A stretch of DNA of 64,000 nt. Origin: an uncultured Clostridia bacterium (GTDB taxonomy: Bacteria; Bacillota; Clostridia; Oscillospirales; CAG-272). The first letter of the stretch is position 1. Each line of letters begins with the position of its first letter. Below the pieces are notes generated by a model, which saw nothing but the letters and a program-made list of their open reading frames with translations, did not search any database and was not told where the DNA came from. The stretch covers positions 16,723-80,722 of the forward strand of contig CAMEON010000003.1 in NCBI GenBank assembly GCA_945929845.1, given 5' to 3'. Positions 9,370-17,872 of this stretch are shown in pieces. Both the position numbers and the translations under genes were made by a program.

Positions 9370-11535
9370 TTAGATTCTGTACTGAATTTCGGTGACAAGG
9401 TTGGTGATCAGGCTGACGATCTTTCCGACCAGCGTAGTGAACAGGACGGCAATGAACATGATGAAGACCATCGCTACCACTGTACCCAGAACCGTGATCA
9501 CATTCTTACCCATAGAGTAATCGTGTGTCACCATGGTGCCGAAGAAGATCAGGATACCCAGCCAGATGAAGGCCAGTGTGCCGATGAAGCTGACGATCTG
9601 GGTCTCTGTGGTCACACAGAAGTTGGAATAAATGGTCGCAGGGATAATGAGCAGGGGCAACGGCACCAGGCTGTAGGAGCAGGCGATGAAGATATCCTTG
9701 AAGGAACCTTCGCCCTCAAACAGGGTAGTCAGGCACCAGTTGGCCAGGACGAACAGGAACAGCGGAACCAGCACGCCCAGCACCTGTGCCCATACGCCGG
9801 CATAGCCGCCGTTGGGATTCATCAGATACCCCTGGCCGATGGCCTGGTAGTAGAAGGTGGCGATCGCCAGCACGATAAAGAAGACGGATGCTCTCACCGA
9901 GCCGCGCTTCTCATGCTTCAGATCCCAGAAGCCGTCGAAGGGATGGAAGATCACATGGAAGCCGTAGGCGACCTCCTGCCAGAAGGTGCGCTTCTTTCCG
10001 GAAACCGCCACCTTCTTGTTGATCTTGGCCATGGTGCGGAAGAACAGCACCACACCCACGATGACAACCACAATGATGAGCAGCAGAACAATGAAGTAAG
10101 TGGACATCCATTCCTTCCGGATCTCCTTATAGGAGTTGGACCAGTTGGTGGTATCGTATGCGGATTCAAAGTAGGTAAGGGAGTTTGCGTAGTCCTTGTT
10201 CCGGTACATGGCCTGGCCGATACCGACATAGGCTGAGTCGAAGTTGGAGTTCCGCTTCAGCACATCCGTCCACAGATCGATGGCCAGGTCGTAATCCTGC
10301 GTACTCTCAGCGGCGATAGCCTGAAGCAGAATGTCGCCGTACTCGGTGCGCTGGAACACGGTGATATTGTTGTTGGTCTTATCCAGAACCATCAGGTTGG
10401 TATCCTGATAGGCTACAGCCTCAATACTGCCCAGGTTACCCAGCATGGTACCGTTATCACCGAAGGCAAAGAGCAGGTTGCCGTCAAAGTCATAGGTGTA
10501 GATACGGTTTCTCTTCTCGTCAATGAGGGACCAGGTGTTCTCCGGGCCGACAGCCACATCAATGATGGTGGACACGCCAGTGATATCATCGGTGGAGCGG
10601 GTTGAGAAGTCAATTTCACCGGCGGGAATATGGAAGCCGTTCCGGCGCATGATCTCCGTACCGTTGGCATTGAGAAGCTTGACGGGGGAATACTTACCGG
10701 ACTTATCGTTTCCTCTGATGGATGCTTCCACATCCGCATCGTCAATGGTGGAGGTGGTGGCGTACACCAGGTTCTTCTCCCGGTTGATGGCCACATTGTT
10801 GAACTCCGTGGACACCACTGTCTCAGAGGCTTCCCTCTGCGCATCGGTCTGGAAGCGTCGCCAGATGATATCCCAAGCGGACAGGGACACGGCCTGGGCA
10901 CCGATGAATCCGGTGAATTCACCGGCATCGGTCATGACGATGACGCCCTGATAGGTGGTGGAGGACACCACATACAGACGGTTGTAAGCGTCCACGGCAA
11001 TGGCCACCGGCTTATAGACCGAGTTTTCATCGAAAAGCTGGGATTCCGGCTCCTCGATGATGCGGACGAACTCTCCGTTCTCATCAAAGACCACGACCCG
11101 GTTGGAGCCGGTATCGCAGACCCAGATCAGGCGGTCATACTTTTCATTCGGCTCGCTGACGAACACACCCTGGGGAGCAGCCAGACTGTCCGGCACGCCC
11201 TGGTCGTTGTCAAACTCGGAGATGGTAAACTTCAGCTTGTAGTAGCGGTCCAGCACCACGATGCGGTTGTTGCCGGTGTCGGCGATGTAGATGTTCTGGT
11301 TCAGGTCAGTGACCATATCCCCGGGGTTGGCCAGGGGGATCTCCAGTCCCATATCCACCGCATTGACTGCCTTGATAGCGGTATACGCATCCGGAGAATA
11401 CAGAGCCTTACCATCCTTATCGTAGGTGTAGGTCTGGTAGGCAGAGCCGGCACTGGAGGTGACGACCAGGGAGGAAGCCACCATCAGCAGGGAAAAGATT
11501 ACACAGAGACACTTTTTCATACTCATTTTCTTCAT
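9370..11535 (-). CDS. Secreted NHL-repeat beta-propeller / TPR / C-terminal Yip1-type 5-TM membrane domain protein
   Basis: Signal peptide. NHL-like blades (NIYIADTGNNRIVVLD, IWVCDTGSNRVVVFD, RLYVVSS). TPR-like DLWTDVLKRNSNFDSAYVGIGQAMYRNKDYANSLTYFE. Five hydrophobic helices at the C-terminus. Confidence 0.7.
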   Translation of the reverse strand: MKKMSMKKCLCVIFSLLMVASSLVVTSSAGSAYQTYTYDKDGKALYSPDAYTAIKAVNAVDMGLEIPLANPGDMVTDLNQNIYIADTGNNRIVVLDRYYKLKFTISEFDNDQGVPDSLAAPQGVFVSEPNEKYDRLIWVCDTGSNRVVVFDENGEFVRIIEEPESQLFDENSVYKPVAIAVDAYNRLYVVSSTTYQGVIVMTDAGEFTGFIGAQAVSLSAWDIIWRRFQTDAQREASETVVSTEFNNVAINREKNLVYATTSTIDDADVEASIRGNDKSGKYSPVKLLNANGTEIMRRNGFHIPAGEIDFSTRSTDDITGVSTIIDVAVGPENTWSLIDEKRNRIYTYDFDGNLLFAFGDNGTMLGNLGSIEAVAYQDTNLMVLDKTNNNITVFQRTEYGDILLQAIAAESTQDYDLAIDLWTDVLKRNSNFDSAYVGIGQAMYRNKDYANSLTYFESAYDTTNWSNSYKEIRKEWMSTYFIVLLLIIVVVIVGVVLFFRTMAKINKKVAVSGKKRTFWQEVAYGFHVIFHPFDGFWDLKHEKRGSVRASVFFIVLAIATFYYQAIGQGYLMNPNGGYAGVWAQVLGVLVPLFLFVLANWCLTTLFEGEGSFKDIFIACSYSLVPLPLLIIPATIYSNFCVTTETQIVSFIGTLAFIWLGILIFFGTMVTHDYSMGKNVITVLGTVVAMVFIMFIAVLFTTLVGKIVSLITNLVTEIQYRI

Positions 11536-11548
11536 ATCAGCACCTCCG

Positions 11549-12421
11549 TTAATCCTTCATACCACTGGAACCCATAGTCTCTATGATGTTTGACTGGGAT
11601 ACGACGAAGACCAGGATAGGCACCAGCATCATGATGACCTGAGCAGCGGCGGAAGCACCGGCACGCTTGATACCTCCGGCGGTGATCTGACCGATGGCAT
11701 AGTTCAGCGACTTGTACTGCTCGGAGTAGATGTACATGGATGCGCCTGCGTTCCACAGCCCTTGGAAGGAGTAGATGATCAGCGTCAGCCAGGCAGGCTT
11801 GACCATGGGCATAGCGATGATCCAGAAGGTTCGGAACTCGCCGGCACCGTCCAAACGGGCGGATTCCAGTACCGAGTCGTTGACATTGGTATCCATGAAC
11901 TGCTTCATCAGGTACAGACCCAGGGAGGAACACCAAGCCGGGACGATCAATGCCCAGTAGGTATCCAGCCAATGCAGGTTCGCCATCAGAATGAAGGAAG
12001 TAATTGCGGTGACGGTGGAGTTGAACATCAGGGACAGCTGTACGATCTGGAACATCCCCTCCCGGCCGGGGAACTTGATCTTAGCCAGGGCGTAGGAGGC
12101 CATGGAGGCCAGCAACAGGTGTCCGAAGGTACCGGCCACGGATGTCAGCAGGGTATTGAATATGTACCGGGAGAAGGGCACCCAGGAGATATTCATCAGG
12201 GTGAACAGGTCGCGGAAATTCTTGAATGTGGGGCTGATGACATAGAATCGGGGCGGGAACATCCACAGCTCATCCAACGGCTTCAGCGACTGGATAAGGA
12301 TGTACCACATGGGGAGGAACATGAACAGGCCCAGGTTGATCAGAATGATGGAAATACCTGTGTCGCCCCCCGCCGAACGGGCCAGGACGACCTTATGATT
12401 TCTTGTTCTTAATTTTGCCAT
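11549..12421 (-). CDS. Carbohydrate ABC transporter permease (MalG type), second pair
   Basis: EAA-loop motif ESARLDGAGEFRTFWIIAMPMVKP; 290 aa; 6 TM. Confidence 0.85.
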   Translation of the reverse strand: MAKLRTRNHKVVLARSAGGDTGISIILINLGLFMFLPMWYILIQSLKPLDELWMFPPRFYVISPTFKNFRDLFTLMNISWVPFSRYIFNTLLTSVAGTFGHLLLASMASYALAKIKFPGREGMFQIVQLSLMFNSTVTAITSFILMANLHWLDTYWALIVPAWCSSLGLYLMKQFMDTNVNDSVLESARLDGAGEFRTFWIIAMPMVKPAWLTLIIYSFQGLWNAGASMYIYSEQYKSLNYAIGQITAGGIKRAGASAAAQVIMMLVPILVFVVSQSNIIETMGSSGMKD

Positions 12422-12422
12422 A

Positions 12423-13367
12423 TCACGTACCTAACCTTGAAATTATTTTCTTGACCAGCAAGTTGGCACCGACCATGATGAGAAATAGCAGCACGGCGAT
12501 GGCCGACGAGTAACCGATCTCATACCGCTGGCCTCCGTAGTCCTCCAGATGGTGCATGATGGTGTGGGCACAGTAGTTGACAGACGGGAAGCCCGCCAGA
12601 GCCGTGACGATACCACCGAAGCCGAAGGAGCCTGTGATGGACATGACGGCACCGAACATCAGCTGAGGCTTCATGGACGGCAGGGTGATGTAGTACAGCT
12701 CCTGCCACCGGTTGCGGACACCGTCCACAGCTCCGGCCTCGAACAGGGAGTGATCGATACCTTGCAGACCGGCGATGAAAGCCAGGAAGGAGGTACCCAA
12801 AGAGGTCCACAGGGCAACGATGATACACAGGGGCATGACATACTTTTCGTCCTGAAACCAGGCAATTTCGGTATCAATGATACCCAGCTTCAGCAACACG
12901 GCGTTGGCCCAGCCGTAGGAGTCAGACGAGAACAGGGTTGCCCAGATCAGGTACGCCTGACCGGAAATAGACGGTGCGTAGAAAATCAGGGTGACGATGG
13001 CGCGAACCTTGGGGGGCAGCTCATTGATGAACCACGCCACCAGGAAGGACATCAGGTAGGACGCAGGGCCTACGATGACGGCGAAGATGAAGGTGTTCTT
13101 GATGGCGATGAGGAACACATCGTCATCAAAGAACAGCGTCACATAATTCTTCAGCCACACGATATTCGGGACTTCCAACATGTTGAAGTCGGTAAAGCTG
13201 AGCAAAATGGAGAAGACGACAGGCACGATGGTGAACAGGGTAAAGAAGATCATGTAGGGGGCGACCATCAGGTAAGCGACCCAGTTCTGCTTGGCTTCTT
13301 TCAGCTTCCATTGCATCTTTGTCAATTCTCGCGAGGTGGCTTTTTTCTCTGCTGTTTTTGTAGCCAT
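12423..13367 (-). CDS. Carbohydrate ABC transporter permease (MalF type), second pair
   Basis: EAA-loop motif EAGAVDGVRNRWQELYYITLPSMKP; 314 aa. There is a 1-nt gap to the downstream permease. Confidence 0.85.
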   Translation of the reverse strand: MATKTAEKKATSRELTKMQWKLKEAKQNWVAYLMVAPYMIFFTLFTIVPVVFSILLSFTDFNMLEVPNIVWLKNYVTLFFDDDVFLIAIKNTFIFAVIVGPASYLMSFLVAWFINELPPKVRAIVTLIFYAPSISGQAYLIWATLFSSDSYGWANAVLLKLGIIDTEIAWFQDEKYVMPLCIIVALWTSLGTSFLAFIAGLQGIDHSLFEAGAVDGVRNRWQELYYITLPSMKPQLMFGAVMSITGSFGFGGIVTALAGFPSVNYCAHTIMHHLEDYGGQRYEIGYSSAIAVLLFLIMVGANLLVKKIISRLGT

Positions 13368-13416
13368 TTACTCTCTCTCCTTACATAGATTGGTTTTGGA
13401 GTCTGTACACAAACAG

Positions 13417-16400
13417 TTACATCAGACCGTTGATGTCATCCAGGAAGTCTGCCAGGCACTTGAACTGTGTGATGATCTCTGATGTATTCTTGTACACCTC
13501 GTAAGAGAAGCACTTGCGTACCTTCTTCTTTTCAGCCTTGGTCAGGGATGTATCGTCCATGTCGTATCCCATGGTGGCATTTCTGTCCTCCACGAACTTG
13601 GAACCATCGGGGTCCAGCTTCCCATACAACTCCCGGACAGCGTCAGCGGCAGTGAGCAGGGCGGCCTGGTTCTCGCTCTTGATGGCGGACTCCACCTGTT
13701 TCAGAAGAGCATCATACTCAGAGGAGTAGCTACCGTTGCTGCGGATCAGCTCCACAAGCTGGCCAGCCTGTGCCAGGCGCTTCTCCAAGAGGTTGGTGTA
13801 ATCCACATCTCCGTCAGACAGCGTCTCCAGGTTGAACTCGTTCCGTTTCCGCTCAATCTCCTTGTTGATGGTGTTGATGTACTGCAACAGGCTGTCGGAG
13901 GGATCGGCTTTATCGTTGAAGGCACTGAGGAAGGCGAAGTTGGTGTAACGGTCGATGATGTAGTATCCGGGGTAGTTGGGCACGGAAGCCAGGTTTTCGA
14001 ACTGACTCTGCACCTGCGCATACTCACTGGTGGTCCAGGGCAGGCTGGCCAAGGCCTTGCCGTTAGCCGTGGGCTGTTTTGCGGAGGGACCCAGAATAGC
14101 GACCATCTCGTTGGCAAAGCTGACCTGGCACTTCTCGCCGGTGTACCACTTCATGAAATCCCAGGCGCGGTCTCTCTGCTCGCCCTCGCATCCCTTGACC
14201 ATGACCACAGCAGTCACCGCAGAAATGGACACATTGTTGACGCTTCCGTCCTCCTGAAGCTCGCCGGGCAGGGGCATGAACTCCCACTTACCCTCGATCT
14301 CGGTGGCGAACACCTTGAGCTGGTTGTACACGCCGGTGTAGTCGCCAAGCACGATGGGCATCTCGCCGGTACGGAACCGGTTGGCAGCATTGTAAATGTA
14401 CGGGAAGGAATACATGGTGAACAGGTCGCACATCTTCTCGAAGGAAGCCAGACCCACCTGGGAATCCAGGTTGATGCGCATGCCGTTGTCAGCGAACAGG
14501 TCACCGTTATTCTGATACAGGAAGATCTTGTAGTCGGTGGTCAGACCGATCTGCATATTCTTGGACTGGAGGACGGGGATGCACGCCATCAGCTCATTCC
14601 AGGTCCGGGGAACCTCCAGATCCAGGTCAGCCAGGATGTCCGTCCGGACGAACATCATGGGGAAGGACTGGTTCTCAGGCAGGCCGTAGCAATGGGTGAT
14701 CTGATCCGCATCTTCCATGCTCAAAACCACCATGGCGGCGTCGTTGAAGCTCTCTGTCGTCTCCTCGAAGTCCTCAAACCCTTCAATATTTACAAGGGCG
14801 GAACGGATGGCGTAGTTGATGACATCCGCCTGACCCAGGCCAAGGTACACATCCGGGCCGGATTCTGCCAGGATGGAGGGTAGCAGGGTACCGCCGGCCA
14901 CCAGCTTCAGATCCACGGCAATGTCGGAGTTGGGGGTGTAGTCGTTGTTGATCAGGCTACGGAGAACCTGAGACTGGTCACGGGCGGTAGCCAGCCACAC
15001 CTCCACGGACTCGGCGCTGCTCTCCTCCATGGCGCCCATGCTGTTGTAGTCACGGACAAAGCTCTGGAAGAAGCCCTTCACCTCATGCAGGAAGGACTGG
15101 AAGAAGTTCGGTGTAGCCTTGGGCAGATCTGCACCGGCGGGCTGGATCAGCACATAGTCCAACTGAAGCGGCTGGGTCTGTGCATCGGACAGGAAGGTAC
15201 CCAGTGTACCGATGTTGGTCTTGAGGGACTCCAGGTTCTTTGCCACATCGTCGTCATCCTTGCCCATCTCGTCCAGCAGTCGGGCGATCTTCTCCAGTGT
15301 AGCCACATTGGAAGATTTCTCACCGGCCAGCTCGGTCAGCAGATCCGCCATATCATAGAGGCGGATGGACTGCTTGACCATATCGATCATGGTGTCCGGC
15401 ATGACAGAGGTAAACTCGTAGTCACGCAGGCTGTCAGGGGATGCGCCGGTCAGCTTCATGATGTTCAGGTAATCATTGTTGATATGGGTCAGCACATCCT
15501 CAACCTCGTTGACCAGCTCGCCCATTTTGCCCAGCGTCACTTCAAAACGGATGGTATACTCCACGCCGGCCTGAAGGTACACCTGGAAGTCAGTCAGCTG
15601 ATCCTTGGCGTTGATCTTGCCGTCTCCGTTGGTATCGGTGCGGTCTCCCAGGGTCAGGGTGGTCACCTGCCAGCTGGTGCTATAATTATAGGTAAGCTGC
15701 TTAGCCTCGGCAAAGGGAGCACCGTTGTAGTAACCGCGGTCGCCTTCATTCAGCCCGGTGCTGTACAGGTACATGGCACGGCATACGGAGATACCGTCCA
15801 GCACATCCTGCTTGTAGCGGGACACGATGTCGTACATACCGGAGCTGTCCACCTTAAAGGTGTACTCCAGCCACTGACCGGCGGTCTGCCACTTCTCGCC
15901 GCCCACCGTGTTCAGCACGGAGCGGGTTGCATCCGTGGGGGAATTGATGGCGCAGGCGCGATCCTCCACCGGGTAGATGGTGGTGTGAGAGGTGGCGGAG
16001 GTGAATTCGCCCTCCAGCTTGATGGTATCCTGGCCGGGGGCTACACCCTCATACTGCTTGATATACTCCTCGTAGGAAGGAGCAAGCTCCAGGGGATAGA
16101 GCGTGATGGAGCCAATGGTCATGGGCTCGTTCTTGCTCTCCAGGGTAATGGTATTTTCGCCGGCCTCCAGAACGAACTCAAAGTCGTCCATGTAGTACCC
16201 ACTGGAATCCTTCACATAGTAGGTCATCCACTTGGGTGTCTGTACCGAGCCGGGGCGAAGCTCATTTTTCTCCACATCGATCACGAAGTACCGGACAAGA
16301 TGCGCCTCGCAGAAGTCTGTCATGGCGGCTGTCATGTAGTCCGGCTTGGAGAAAGTGACCTTCCCATCCTGGATGGTCACATTGCTGAACCCGGCACTCT

Positions 16401-16944
16401 CGGCGGCAGCCTTGACTGTCTCCGCCGACTGCTTACCCGGGTCTACCACAGCCTTCTCGTAAGAGTTGGTCCAGTTCTTGACGAGGGTCAGGAAGCGGGC
16501 CTCAGAGAAGGGCACCTGGCCGTTGATCATCAGCACACGCTCAATGGAGGTAGTGCGGTTGGCATCCGGATAGTATTCAAGCTTGATGGCATACTTTCCG
16601 GCCTTGGGGACATTGACTGTCCATGTGACCGAGCCATCCTGAGGCGTATACAAGCCTTCCTGGTTGTCGACCTCCACCCACTTGAAGCCGTCGCCCTCCG
16701 TCACACAGTCATGCAATGGTACTTCAACGGTGTCCGTAGCACGGGGCACATCGGCATGCTTGGCCGCATACTCCTCATAGGAGATGGCATTCAGCAACTC
16801 CTTGATGCTCTCCAAGGATCCGCTTGACGAGCTGCTCTTGGTGCCGGATGTTCCATCGGCAAAAGCCAGCACTGTTGCGTTGCCCAGAAGCATCGCCACG
16901 CACAGGCACAGTGCAGCCAGCTTTAGAAGTTTCGTTCCCTTCAT
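13417..16944 (-). CDS. Giant extracellular solute-binding protein (1175 aa). Two CBM-like beta-sandwich modules are followed by a family-1 SBP domain and a helical tail.
   Basis: Signal peptide ...LGNATVLAFA/DG. CBM-like signatures GSVTWTVNVPKAGKYAIKLEYYP and GQWLEYTFKVDSSGMYDIVSRYKQ. The C-terminal half resembles sugar SBPs. It is the first gene of the operon. Confidence 0.75.
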   Translation of the reverse strand: MKGTKLLKLAALCLCVAMLLGNATVLAFADGTSGTKSSSSSGSLESIKELLNAISYEEYAAKHADVPRATDTVEVPLHDCVTEGDGFKWVEVDNQEGLYTPQDGSVTWTVNVPKAGKYAIKLEYYPDANRTTSIERVLMINGQVPFSEARFLTLVKNWTNSYEKAVVDPGKQSAETVKAAAESAGFSNVTIQDGKVTFSKPDYMTAAMTDFCEAHLVRYFVIDVEKNELRPGSVQTPKWMTYYVKDSSGYYMDDFEFVLEAGENTITLESKNEPMTIGSITLYPLELAPSYEEYIKQYEGVAPGQDTIKLEGEFTSATSHTTIYPVEDRACAINSPTDATRSVLNTVGGEKWQTAGQWLEYTFKVDSSGMYDIVSRYKQDVLDGISVCRAMYLYSTGLNEGDRGYYNGAPFAEAKQLTYNYSTSWQVTTLTLGDRTDTNGDGKINAKDQLTDFQVYLQAGVEYTIRFEVTLGKMGELVNEVEDVLTHINNDYLNIMKLTGASPDSLRDYEFTSVMPDTMIDMVKQSIRLYDMADLLTELAGEKSSNVATLEKIARLLDEMGKDDDDVAKNLESLKTNIGTLGTFLSDAQTQPLQLDYVLIQPAGADLPKATPNFFQSFLHEVKGFFQSFVRDYNSMGAMEESSAESVEVWLATARDQSQVLRSLINNDYTPNSDIAVDLKLVAGGTLLPSILAESGPDVYLGLGQADVINYAIRSALVNIEGFEDFEETTESFNDAAMVVLSMEDADQITHCYGLPENQSFPMMFVRTDILADLDLEVPRTWNELMACIPVLQSKNMQIGLTTDYKIFLYQNNGDLFADNGMRINLDSQVGLASFEKMCDLFTMYSFPYIYNAANRFRTGEMPIVLGDYTGVYNQLKVFATEIEGKWEFMPLPGELQEDGSVNNVSISAVTAVVMVKGCEGEQRDRAWDFMKWYTGEKCQVSFANEMVAILGPSAKQPTANGKALASLPWTTSEYAQVQSQFENLASVPNYPGYYIIDRYTNFAFLSAFNDKADPSDSLLQYINTINKEIERKRNEFNLETLSDGDVDYTNLLEKRLAQAGQLVELIRSNGSYSSEYDALLKQVESAIKSENQAALLTAADAVRELYGKLDPDGSKFVEDRNATMGYDMDDTSLTKAEKKKVRKCFSYEVYKNTSEIITQFKCLADFLDDINGLM

Positions 16945-17807
16945 TCACTTTTCCTCCTGGTTGGTTTTTCGGAACGCCACCCGGGACAGGTGCGGCATTC
17001 CATGGGGTATTCTGCCATGTCGGGTGCATAGGAAAGTCCCTGTCCGCACCCTCCCTGCGTGTCAGCCGCCCCGGTTCTGAGCGGAAAGCAACGATTGCGC
17101 CGAAGGCGGGCGCAACGCCGCCGTGTTTCCAGCCGGAAACAGCAGACGCCAAGCAGTGAAGCAGACATATGTACACGAAGCCAGGACAGAAAGCCACCGT
17201 CGGCGGCCGGAACAGCCGTCGGCACACGCAAAACCAGCCCCAGAGCCGTGTGAGCACGGCCCAAAGGATAACAGAGCCGTCACCTCAAGGTCGAGGGACG
17301 GGTCATTCTATCTCTGCGTGCTGAGCCTTTTCCGTCGGGACAACTGCACAACACCCCAAATTGACCCCTACATCATACCACAAAAGTGCCAAAATGTCAA
17401 GAGGTTCTGCGGTCTCCATCATATATAACCATCCCCGGAAGCGGGAAGACTTGGAAGGTTTTCGCTTGTTCACAATTTATTCACGGAAAGGTGTCCCGTT
17501 CTCTCTTCCATTTGACACATTCCATCGAACGCTTTTCATAGCAAAATACAGGGTGCTTTCACTTCCTTTTCCGGAACTTTTTTTGGTTTTTCACATATCA
17601 TTCACATTTTGACATATATTTTTTACTGTTTTTTAACCTTTTATTCAAATAAAGAGACCGTTGCACGGCCTCTTTTCGCAATCTTATGATTTCATTCACC
17701 AATGAACCGCCCCGCCGGGTATAGTCGTTTTGCACAAATTTTGGGCAACTTTTTCTACACTCCGTCAAAACCAACAAATTTGCTGTTCCTTCTTTTTGCA
17801 TTCGGTC

Positions 17808-17836
17808 TTGCAATCTTGGGCGGAATGTGTTATACT
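17808..17836 (+). promoter_or_regulatory. SigA-type promoter of the RlmI-like gene
   Basis: TTGCAA (17808-17813), 17-nt spacer, TATACT (17831-17836) preceded by TGT (extended -10). RBS AAGGAAG lies before the ATG at 17873. Confidence 0.7.
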
Positions 17837-17872
17837 GTTCGCAGTTTTTGACGGCAAGAAAGGAAGCCACGC

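Noticed and set aside
16775-17428. Overlapping 60-160-aa ORFs on both strands in the gap upstream of the SBP gene
   Set aside because: They are Arg/Pro/Ala-rich translations typical of random GC-rich sequence. They are mutually overlapping, with no RBS and no recognisable family.
17598-17870. 90-aa Lys-rich minus-strand ORF in the AT-rich part of the same gap
   Set aside because: It has a GTG start with no RBS and overlaps the promoter and RBS of the divergent methyltransferase gene. Its composition simply reflects AT-rich DNA.
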